In this document: piece after piece, positions 8,944 to 16,356 of the stretch
Position numbering within the stretch: the first letter of the stretch is position 1
Layout: each line of letters opens with the position of its first letter
From: Flammeovirgaceae bacterium
GTDB lineage: Bacteria; Bacteroidota; Bacteroidia; Cytophagales; Flammeovirgaceae
Direction of reading: 5' to 3'
Length of the DNA stretch: 36,611 nt
Assembly: GCA_049600855.1 (NCBI GenBank)
Contig: JBMYQA010000024.1
Coordinates: 1 to 36,611 of the forward strand
Program-made: the position numbers and the translations under genes
The notes under the pieces: generated by a model
The model's input: only the letters and a program-made list of their open reading frames with translations
Databases searched by the model: none
What the model was told of the DNA's origin: nothing

Positions 8944-11900
8944 ATGAAGAAATTTTTATTCTCAATATTATTAGCCTTTATTACTCACGTGAGTTGGGGA
9001 CAACTCCTGCTCAATGAGAACCTCGATTATGGCAGTAGTGCAGGTGATTTAACTACTGTTAGTGGTGGAAATTGGGCAAACCATTCTGGTTCGAGTTCTA
9101 GCCCTGTTTCTTATGCAACAACCAGTTTGAGCATGACTGACTATCCAGCTACTGGGGTAGGAGGTGCTGCCACACTTACTGGTTCAAATTCGGAAGATGT
9201 GAACAGAGCTTTTACTGTTCAAACTGCTGGTAAAGTCTATTTTTCTGGTTTAGTTAATTTAGCTACCACTGGTAATGATACGTATTTCTTTCATTTAAAA
9301 GATGATGGTTTTGGTTTTACCGCACGAATTGGCGCAAAAGATGATGGTTCTGGTAATGTATTATTTGGAATTTCAGCGACTTCTGGTAGCCTTACTTACG
9401 GTACCACTCCTTTTAGTACAAATACAACTTATTTATTAGTTGCGTCTTTTGACATTGACAATGGAGTAGCAGATTTGTATGTATTGACTGCACCACAATC
9501 AACAGAACCAGGCACTCCAGAAGCTTCCTCATCAAATGGAGGTGCAGGCACTGAAGTACACGCAGTAGCACTAAGACAGAGCGGAAGTATTCCTGATGTT
9601 ACCGTAGATGGCATTCGCGTAGGATTAAGCTGGGCAGATTTAATGAGTGCAGGCAGTGGAGATCCAACCGTTAGTATTTCTGTAGACGACAATGAAATCG
9701 TTGAAAACGGAGAAGTGGCTACCATTACAGCTACACTTTCAGAGGCCGTTACTGCTGATGTTACGGTAAACTTAGCATTTTCTGGCTCTGCTACAGATGT
9801 GACCGACTACACCACTTCTGCTTCAAGCATCTTGATTCCTGCAAACAGCACTACTGCCACTATGACCATCACTGGAGTAGATGATGCAAACGAAGAACCT
9901 ACTGAAGAAATTATTGTAGACATCGACAATATTGTGTCAACAGCTACAGTAAATGAAGATGGTTTGCAACAAGTTACCATCAATTTATTAGATAATGATT
10001 TTGTGGCCTCAGCATTATATTTCACCGAAATTGCTGACCCAAGCGATGCCGCAAGTGCTCGTTTTGTGGAACTTTATAACTCAGGCTCTACCACAATTGA
10101 CTTTGACACTGAAACTTGGTTTTTAGTTCGCCAAGCAAACGGTGGATCAGTTTCAACACTTCAACTAGCAGGCAGTGTTGCAGCAGGACAAACCTTTGTA
10201 ATCGCCAATGATTCGGTAGACTTTAATACTGCCTTTGGCAAAGACCCTGACATGGATGGTGGTTTAATTTCAGGAAATGGTGACGATGGTTATTTCCTTT
10301 ATAGAGACGGAAATCAAACTACAGGTTTCTTAAAAGATGCCTATGGCGTGTTTGGTGTAGATGGAACCAATGAAGCTTGGGAATACACCGATGGGCATGC
10401 AGAAAGAAAAGCAGTAGCTACCCAATCCAATAATGTTTGGACAGCCTCAGAATGGGATATCACTCGTCCTGTAGTGGCCGCCAACATGAATCCTTGTGTT
10501 TATGACCCCACTCAGGTGAATGTCACCTTGGAGGTTTCTAGCTTAGAGTTCTCGGAAAACGGAGGGCAAGTCTTTGTAAAAGCAAACTTATCGCAAGTAG
10601 CTAGCAATGACGTAACCGTTGAAATTGACTTCACAGGTACTGCTGATCTTGATGTTGACTTCTCTGCAGCAGCTACTGAGATTGTGATTACCGCAGGTGA
10701 GTTAGTAGATAGCGTAGCACTTACAGGCATTAATGATGGTAATACAGAAGGTGATGAGCTTGTAATTATTGATATTGTGTCAGTAACTAATGCCGATGAG
10801 CTCGGTACACAACAAGCCACTGTAATTATTGTTGATGATGAAACACCTCCTTCACCTGTATTTATCTCAGAAGTGGCCGATCCTCAAGACGATGCTTCAG
10901 CTCGATTTGTGGAGCTTTACAACGGAGGGGTACTTGCCATCAACTTTGATATTTTGCCCACCTTCTTAGTTCGACAAACAAATGGTGGCTCATTAGAAAA
11001 TTCCATCCAATTAACAGGTACAATTGGAGTAGGCGAAACATTTGTTATTGCTGAAGATTCTGCCGCGTTTAATGCTGCCTATGGATTCAACCCGAATATG
11101 GATCACACTTCTGGTAACTTAGTTGGTTTCCCAATTAGCGGTAATGGTGATGATGGTTATTTCTTATATACCAATGGAACTGCAGCCACAGGCACACGAG
11201 TAGATGCTTATGGTGTACTCAATCAGGATGGTACTGGTGAAGCTTGGGAATACACTGATGGCCGAGCAGAAAGAGTAAATTCGGTAACGGTAGCCAATCG
11301 TAATTGGATTGCTTCGGAGTGGAACATCACGCGCCCTGCTGGGGTAAGCGGCATGACTCCTGGCGTTCACAATCAAATAACCGTGACCTTAGGTACTACA
11401 GCCGCAACCATAGCGGAAGGTGGTGTAAGTAAAGTGTATGCCACACTTTCTCAAATGAGTGCTACTGATGTTACCGTAAACCTTACATTTTCTGGTACTG
11501 CTACAGGTGGCGGAACGGATTATACGGCAAGTGGTACTGCGATTGTAATTGCCGCAGGAAACCTTGCTGACACAGTAACCATTACTACAGTAGATGATAC
11601 TGACGTTGAAGCTGATGAAACGGTTATTGTAGAAATTGACAATGTAACCAATGCTGAAGAGGTTGGCGACCAACAGGTAACCGTAACCATCACGAATAAT
11701 GATGCACCTACTACTCCATTATTTATCTCCGAGGTGGCTGACCCTCAAGATATCAGTAGTGCTCGATTTGTAGAATTATACAACGCAGGAAGTACAACCA
11801 TAGACTTTGATACGGAAACCTGGTTCTTAGTGCGTCAAAGTAATGGCGGTTCATTAAACAACTTCATTCAATTATCAGGTTCTATCGCAGCGGGTGCTAC

Positions 11901-14520
11901 CTTTGTTATTGCTACTGATTCTGCAGATTTTAATAATGCTTATGGCATTAATCCTCAGCTAGATCATAATTCACCTAATCATACTGGTTTCTTAATTGGT
12001 GGTAATGGTGATGATGGTTATTTCTTGTATAAAGATGGCGATGCAACTACTGGTACTTTGATTGATGCGCATGGTGTACTTGATGTAGATGGTTCCAATG
12101 AAGACTGGGAATATACCGATGGCCGAGCGGAAAGGGTTGAAACCGTAATGGCAGCAAACGATACTTGGACTGCTGCTGAATGGACAATTACGCGTCCAGC
12201 TACTGCTAATAAAATGACTCCAGGTGTTCACAATGAAATTACCGTTTGCTTAGGAACAACAGAAACGAGCATTGAGGAAAATGGAGGTATTGCTAAAGTG
12301 TTTGCTACCTTATCTAAGGTAAGTGCCACTGATGTTACCGTAAACCTAGCCTTTTCAGGTACCGCAACAGGAGGTGGTACAGATTACATGTCAACGGGTA
12401 TGGCTATTGTGATTGCAGCAGGTGAGTTGTCTGATACCGTCACCATTACCGCAGTAGATGATGCAGACATCGAAGGAAGTGAATCCATTATAGTAGACAT
12501 TGATAATGTAACAAATGCGACAGAAGCTGTAACTCAGCAAGTAAGCATCACAGTGGTTGATGACGACACGCCTCCTTCGCCATTGTTTTTCTCTGAAATT
12601 GCTGATCCACAAGACAATTCTAATGCACGATTTGTTGAGCTTTATAATGCTGGAACTGAAGCCATCGACTTTGATACCGAAACGTGGTTTATTGTGCAAC
12701 AATCAAATGGAGGCACTACCTTTTCAACCTTGCAATTAGCAGGAACCATCAACCCTGGGGCTGTCTTTGTTGTTGCAAATGATTCTACCGATTTCAACAA
12801 TGCGTATGGTTTCTTCCCTAATGTTGACCGTACCAGCTCAACCAGTACGAACTTCCCTGTTACTGCAAATGGCGATGATGCTTACTACCTATACAAAGAC
12901 GGTGACCATACCTCTGGTACACTCATCGATATTTATGGAGTACCTGACCAAGATGGTACCAATCAACCTTGGGAATTTACAGATGGCCGTGCAATTCGAA
13001 AAGGTAATGTAACGATTGCCAATCGCATTTGGACTGCTGATGAATGGATCATCACACGCACTGCTACGGTTGCTGATATGAATCCAGGAATGTTGGATGT
13101 AGATGCTATTCCACCAAGTGTAGAAATCCAAAATGCGCCTAGCATTGTAAACAACACTACCGCATTTACTGTAACCATTGCCTTCAGCGAAATTGTAACT
13201 GGTTTTGAAATGGCTGATATCACAGTTGGAAATGGGGCAGCGAGCAACTTCCAAACGGTGAACGACAGCACATTTACTGCTGATATTACCCCTGATGGAA
13301 ACGGTGACATTACCATTGATGTCGCTGCGGCTGTAGCGCAAGATGGTGCAGGAAACGACAACACAGCAGCTACTCAAGTAAGCGTAACTTTTGACGATGT
13401 TCAGCCTACCGTAGCAATTCTAAATGCCCCTAGCATTGTGAATAGCACTACGGCATTTGCTGTCACTTTCGAGTTTAGCGAAGACGTAACTGATTTTGAA
13501 ATGGCTGATATCACGGTAGGAAATGGCGCAGCGAGCAACTTCCAAACCGTAGATGCAAATACCTACACGGCAGACATCACGCCTGATGGAAATGGCACCA
13601 TCACCATTGATGTGGCTGCAGCTGTGGCGCAAGATGCGGCAGGTAATGACAACACAGCAGCTACTCAAGTAAGCGTCATGTTTGACAATACTCAGCCTAC
13701 CGTTGCCATTCAAGGCGCTCCTGCTGAAACAGGTCTTTCTGCTTTTGCCGTAACCTTTGAATTTAGTGAAGATGTAACAGGTTTTGCCATGACGGATGTA
13801 ACTGTAGGGAATGGTTCAATCAGCAATTTTGCGGCTACTGATGGCAATACATATACCGCTGACATCACTCCTGATGGAAATGGTGATGTAACGATTGATG
13901 TGGCTGCGGCTGTAGCGCAAGATGCAGCGGGTAATGACAATACTGCGGCTACTCAAGTAACCGTTACCATAGATGCTACTGCGCCTACTACCACCATAGA
14001 ACTTGCTGCAGGAGCGGATCCGTTAACCATGCAAACTTTTGGTATCGTAGTGAGCTTCAGTGAAGTAATGACTGGCTTTTCTATGACAGACTTAACCATT
14101 ACAAATGGTACTGCTAGCAACATGCAGACCAGTGATAATCAAACGTTCACGTTTAACATTACTACAACGACATTGGGTAATAACGTATCCATTGTAATTG
14201 CAGCTGATGTAGCCACTGACCAATTTGGTAATGGTAACACTGGGACTTCACTTTCTAATATCACCACAGATTTAGAAGATGATTTAGCGAAGAAAGGCGT
14301 AGCCATTTTTGCATACGAGTCAACTATTACGATTCAGTTTGCTGATGCAAAAAGTGCTGATGCAAAAGTAGCGATCTTCAACTTGAACGGTCAGTTAGTA
14401 ACCAGCTTTGAGCATACGGATGCAACTGAACGTAAAGTAGAGATGACCAACAGAGGTGTATTCATCATTCGAGTAGCAAATCAATTTGGTTTAACTACTA
14501 AAAGAGTGATTGTAGAATAA
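8944..14520 (+). CDS. Giant cell-surface protein: signal peptide, N-terminal domain, 4x(Calx-beta + lamin-tail domain) modules, 4x Ig-like repeats, T9SS C-terminal sorting domain
   Basis: 1858-aa ORF. Signal peptide MKKFLFSILLAFITHVSWGQ. Calx-beta-like motifs (VTVNLAFSGTATGGGTDY...VDDADIEGSE). Lamin-tail-domain-like modules (ISEVADPQD..SARFVELYNAG..IDFDTETWFLVRQSNGG...GNGDDGYFLY...EAWEYTDGRAER) repeated 4 times. Four ~99-aa Ig-like repeats (FSEDVTDFEMADITVGNGAASNFQ...ITPDGNG..ITIDVAAAVAQDAAGN). C-terminal ~80 aa (KVAIFNLNGQLV...GVFIIRVANQFGLTTKRVIVE) resembles Bacteroidota T9SS CTDs. Confidence 0.85.
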   Translation: MKKFLFSILLAFITHVSWGQLLLNENLDYGSSAGDLTTVSGGNWANHSGSSSSPVSYATTSLSMTDYPATGVGGAATLTGSNSEDVNRAFTVQTAGKVYFSGLVNLATTGNDTYFFHLKDDGFGFTARIGAKDDGSGNVLFGISATSGSLTYGTTPFSTNTTYLLVASFDIDNGVADLYVLTAPQSTEPGTPEASSSNGGAGTEVHAVALRQSGSIPDVTVDGIRVGLSWADLMSAGSGDPTVSISVDDNEIVENGEVATITATLSEAVTADVTVNLAFSGSATDVTDYTTSASSILIPANSTTATMTITGVDDANEEPTEEIIVDIDNIVSTATVNEDGLQQVTINLLDNDFVASALYFTEIADPSDAASARFVELYNSGSTTIDFDTETWFLVRQANGGSVSTLQLAGSVAAGQTFVIANDSVDFNTAFGKDPDMDGGLISGNGDDGYFLYRDGNQTTGFLKDAYGVFGVDGTNEAWEYTDGHAERKAVATQSNNVWTASEWDITRPVVAANMNPCVYDPTQVNVTLEVSSLEFSENGGQVFVKANLSQVASNDVTVEIDFTGTADLDVDFSAAATEIVITAGELVDSVALTGINDGNTEGDELVIIDIVSVTNADELGTQQATVIIVDDETPPSPVFISEVADPQDDASARFVELYNGGVLAINFDILPTFLVRQTNGGSLENSIQLTGTIGVGETFVIAEDSAAFNAAYGFNPNMDHTSGNLVGFPISGNGDDGYFLYTNGTAATGTRVDAYGVLNQDGTGEAWEYTDGRAERVNSVTVANRNWIASEWNITRPAGVSGMTPGVHNQITVTLGTTAATIAEGGVSKVYATLSQMSATDVTVNLTFSGTATGGGTDYTASGTAIVIAAGNLADTVTITTVDDTDVEADETVIVEIDNVTNAEEVGDQQVTVTITNNDAPTTPLFISEVADPQDISSARFVELYNAGSTTIDFDTETWFLVRQSNGGSLNNFIQLSGSIAAGATFVIATDSADFNNAYGINPQLDHNSPNHTGFLIGGNGDDGYFLYKDGDATTGTLIDAHGVLDVDGSNEDWEYTDGRAERVETVMAANDTWTAAEWTITRPATANKMTPGVHNEITVCLGTTETSIEENGGIAKVFATLSKVSATDVTVNLAFSGTATGGGTDYMSTGMAIVIAAGELSDTVTITAVDDADIEGSESIIVDIDNVTNATEAVTQQVSITVVDDDTPPSPLFFSEIADPQDNSNARFVELYNAGTEAIDFDTETWFIVQQSNGGTTFSTLQLAGTINPGAVFVVANDSTDFNNAYGFFPNVDRTSSTSTNFPVTANGDDAYYLYKDGDHTSGTLIDIYGVPDQDGTNQPWEFTDGRAIRKGNVTIANRIWTADEWIITRTATVADMNPGMLDVDAIPPSVEIQNAPSIVNNTTAFTVTIAFSEIVTGFEMADITVGNGAASNFQTVNDSTFTADITPDGNGDITIDVAAAVAQDGAGNDNTAATQVSVTFDDVQPTVAILNAPSIVNSTTAFAVTFEFSEDVTDFEMADITVGNGAASNFQTVDANTYTADITPDGNGTITIDVAAAVAQDAAGNDNTAATQVSVMFDNTQPTVAIQGAPAETGLSAFAVTFEFSEDVTGFAMTDVTVGNGSISNFAATDGNTYTADITPDGNGDVTIDVAAAVAQDAAGNDNTAATQVTVTIDATAPTTTIELAAGADPLTMQTFGIVVSFSEVMTGFSMTDLTITNGTASNMQTSDNQTFTFNITTTTLGNNVSIVIAADVATDQFGNGNTGTSLSNITTDLEDDLAKKGVAIFAYESTITIQFADAKSADAKVAIFNLNGQLVTSFEHTDATERKVEMTNRGVFIIRVANQFGLTTKRVIVE
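9661..13083 (+). repeat. Four tandem ~855-nt coding repeats (Calx-beta + LTD module) inside the adhesin gene
   Basis: Protein periodicity of ~285 aa (LTD starts at aa ~355, 638, 925, 1213); copies 2-4 share long identical nucleotide runs (e.g. gctcgatttgtggagctttacaac / gctcgatttgtagaattatacaac). Confidence 0.7.
13108..14268 (+). repeat. Four tandem ~297-nt coding repeats (Ig-like domains); first three near-identical at nucleotide level
   Basis: aa 1389-1487, 1488-1586 and 1587-1681 are >80 percent identical (e.g. gctgatatcacagttggaaatggggcagcgagcaacttccaaac vs gctgatatcacggtaggaaatggcgcagcgagcaacttccaaac); the fourth copy is more diverged. Confidence 0.75.
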
Positions 14521-14546
14521 ACATTAGAAATATCCAACACAATATA

Positions 14547-14574
14547 GGGTTCCCGTCATGGGAATCCTTTTTTT
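14547..14574 (+). terminator. Rho-independent terminator of the adhesin gene
   Basis: Stem gggttccc/gggaatcc (one G-U pair) with loop gtcat, followed by TTTTTTT; 27 nt after the stop codon. Confidence 0.7.
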
Positions 14575-14588
14575 ATACTTTTTTTTGA

Positions 14589-14620
14589 TTACGCAAAAAT
14601 ATTGCGTAACCCCTTTTTTC
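14589..14620 (+). terminator. Second tandem terminator-like hairpin
   Basis: Stem ttacgcaa/ttgcgtaa (8 bp) with loop aaata, then cccc TTTTTT; also preceded by TTTTTT. Confidence 0.5.
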
Positions 14621-14747
14621 TTTTGTTCCTGTAAGTAATCAACACCGAGCCCTAGATGCTAGTTTCTGTATGGCTACATAGTGTTCACATGGTATGCATG
14701 TGCAATATACTGGCTAGTGTAAGATGCTTACGCTCACCCTGTTGGTT

Positions 14748-14772
14748 GGGGGTTCGAGTCCCTCTTTCGGTA
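14748..14772 (+). other. tRNA-like 3' fragment (T-arm + acceptor 3' strand + discriminator) without recognisable 5' half
   Basis: ggggg-TTCGAGT-ccctc forms a canonical T-stem/loop (GGTTCGAGTCC), followed by the 7-nt tttcggt and a; no matching accgaaa-like 5' acceptor strand within 60-130 nt upstream. Confidence 0.35.
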
Positions 14773-14811
14773 CATCCGAAATAGTTCAATGGCAGAATAG
14801 CAGGTTTAAAT

Positions 14812-14836
14812 GTAGGTTCGAATCCTACCCTTTTTC
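14812..14836 (+). other. Second tRNA-like 3' fragment (T-arm + acceptor 3' strand)
   Basis: gtagg-TTCGAAT-cctac is a perfect T-arm (GGTTCGAATCC), followed by ccttttt + c; I could not fold the upstream 48 nt into D- and anticodon arms, and no complementary 5' acceptor strand is found upstream. Confidence 0.35.
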
Positions 14837-14964
14837 CAAAAAGGTGGCGCAATGGTTGACGCGATGAACTAGGGGTTCATTTTAAGCGAAGCCCGTCTAG
14901 CTTCTCCAAATAAGTAGGCACCAAAAGTAACAGGCATTCGGCCCGTTCAGTTGATGAACAAATC

Positions 14965-15153
14965 TTGAAAGCGCTTTGCGAGAATCAGGATACCGTTTTC
15001 ATCGGTCTATTCACTTTTTTGTTTGTGTCATGGGCTTATGCTATTCAGCTTGTGTTCAACAAAAAACTGCATATCACCTTTAAAACTCAATGTTTCTTCC
15101 GCTCAATTGAGATGCTGGAATGTGACTGTTACTTTTTACAAAATATTTATTAA
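14965..15153 (+). CDS. Possible small single-TM protein (62 aa, TTG start), 18 nt upstream of the SPFH gene
   Basis: ORF with one predicted TM helix (TVFIGLFTFLFVSWAYAIQLVF); start codon is TTG; no homology evidence; could be spurious. Confidence 0.2.
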   Translation: MKALCENQDTVFIGLFTFLFVSWAYAIQLVFNKKLHITFKTQCFFRSIEMLECDCYFLQNIY

Positions 15154-15171
15154 CTGCAAAAATAGATTGAT

Positions 15172-16269
15172 ATGATTAAACGTGTAAAAATCCGCAAAGG
15201 CAACATTGCCTTAGTATTTCGAGATGGTAGCCATACACAAACCCTAACGGCAGGTTCCTATTGGCTTACTTGGTTTGATGAGGTAAAAGTTTACAACCTC
15301 GCCAAGCCTTTCCAATCACCAATTGCACTCAACCTACTACTTCGAGATCATATTTTGGTTGCAAATCTCAGCATCGTTGATGTGAAAGATCATGAAATCG
15401 CGCTTCACTATGAAGATGGACATTTCAAAGCGGTTTTGCCTGCGGGTCGACATGCCTTTTGGAAAGGTGTTATCGATCACACATTCCTCCATATTGATCT
15501 GAACCAAACAGCAATTAGTGAGGAAATTGATGTCGCAATTTTGAACCGAGCAGAATTGTCTCCTTACCTGTATACCGTTCAAGTTTCACAGCACCAAAAA
15601 GCGCTGCTTTACATGGATAGTAAATTTCAGAAAGTGCTAGATACAGGTATTTACCGCTATTGGAGAGGGATACACACGTGGAGCATTCAACTTGCTAACA
15701 TGCAGAAAAACCAGCTCGAAGTGAATGGTCAGGAGATTTTGACGAAAGATAAAGCTGCATTGCGCATAAACTTCATGGCTCAGTACCAAATTGTTGATAT
15801 TGAAAAAGCCTTGAAGGAAAACCACGATTACCACAAACAGCTTTACACTTATATTCAGCTTGCCCTGCGTTCTTATGTAGGCACCATGACCTTGGATGAG
15901 CTGTTGGATAATAAACAGTCTGTGGGCAATCAAATTTTGGAGGCTGTGCAAGAAAAGTCCAAGCAACTCGGTATTCAGGTTACAGATTGTGGACTTCGAG
16001 ATGTCATTTTGCCTGGCGAAGTAAAAGAGATTATGAATCAAGTGCTGGTCGCGCAAAAAAAGGCACAAGCCAATACCATTACGCGCAGGGAAGAAACAGC
16101 TTCTACCCGAAGTCTCTTGAACACCGCCAAGCTCATGGAAGAGAATGAAATGCTCTTCAAATTGAAAGAAATGGAATATGTGGAAAAAATTGCGGATAAG
16201 ATCAACAGCATTTCCCTCTCAGGAGGTACGCAAGTGGTCGATCAGCTAAGAGCGATTTTTGGTTCATAA
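15172..16269 (+). CDS. SPFH/band-7 (stomatin/prohibitin-like) domain protein with duplicated N-terminal subdomain and no TM segment
   Basis: aa ~170-330 show the SPFH pattern (ILTKDKAALRINFMAQYQIVDIEKAL...LDELLDNKQSVGNQILEAVQEKSKQLGIQVTDCGLRDVILPGEVKEIMNQVLVAQKKAQ); the coiled C-terminus is typical of stomatin/HflK-like proteins. Confidence 0.8.
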   Translation: MIKRVKIRKGNIALVFRDGSHTQTLTAGSYWLTWFDEVKVYNLAKPFQSPIALNLLLRDHILVANLSIVDVKDHEIALHYEDGHFKAVLPAGRHAFWKGVIDHTFLHIDLNQTAISEEIDVAILNRAELSPYLYTVQVSQHQKALLYMDSKFQKVLDTGIYRYWRGIHTWSIQLANMQKNQLEVNGQEILTKDKAALRINFMAQYQIVDIEKALKENHDYHKQLYTYIQLALRSYVGTMTLDELLDNKQSVGNQILEAVQEKSKQLGIQVTDCGLRDVILPGEVKEIMNQVLVAQKKAQANTITRREETASTRSLLNTAKLMEENEMLFKLKEMEYVEKIADKINSISLSGGTQVVDQLRAIFGS

Positions 16270-16304
16270 TCAGCAACTATGCTCATTCATGGAAATCGAT
16301 AAAA

Positions 16305-16335
16305 AACAGGTTCAAGTAATCAACATGAACCTGTT
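16305..16335. terminator. Bidirectional terminator between convergent SPFH and alpha-2-macroglobulin genes
   Basis: Perfect 10-bp stem aacaggttca/tgaacctgtt with 11-nt loop, flanked by aaaaa upstream and ttttctt downstream. Confidence 0.65.
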
Positions 16336-16356
16336 TTCTTATAAAATGAGCAGTAT

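Noticed and set aside
9429-13940. Eleven antisense or alternative-frame ORFs of 60-160 aa inside the adhesin gene (9429..9725, 9807..10025, 10512..10820, 11164..11376, 11389..11673, 11992..12231, 12391..12702, 12557..12739, 12767..13012, 12889..13377, 13420..13940)
   Set aside because: All lie within the 1858-aa ORF, which has clear domain content. Their products are low-complexity Ser/Thr/Cys-rich strings typical of translating a repeat-rich gene in the wrong frame.
9661-14268. Tandem direct repeats that could be mistaken for a CRISPR array or a satellite
   Set aside because: The units are 297 and ~855 nt long, they are in-frame coding repeats of protein domains, and there are no short unique spacers.
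14620-14960. tmRNA, SRP RNA or RNase P RNA
   Set aside because: tmRNA would need a GGGG 5' end pairing with a 3' acceptor ending CCA. The SRP domain IV motif and the RNase P conserved boxes are absent. Only isolated T-arm-like modules are present.
14843-14960. Minus-strand tRNA suggested by a ...gcgccacc end in the reverse complement
   Set aside because: No T-arm (TTCRANY loop with a 5-bp stem) and no complementary 5' acceptor strand could be placed.
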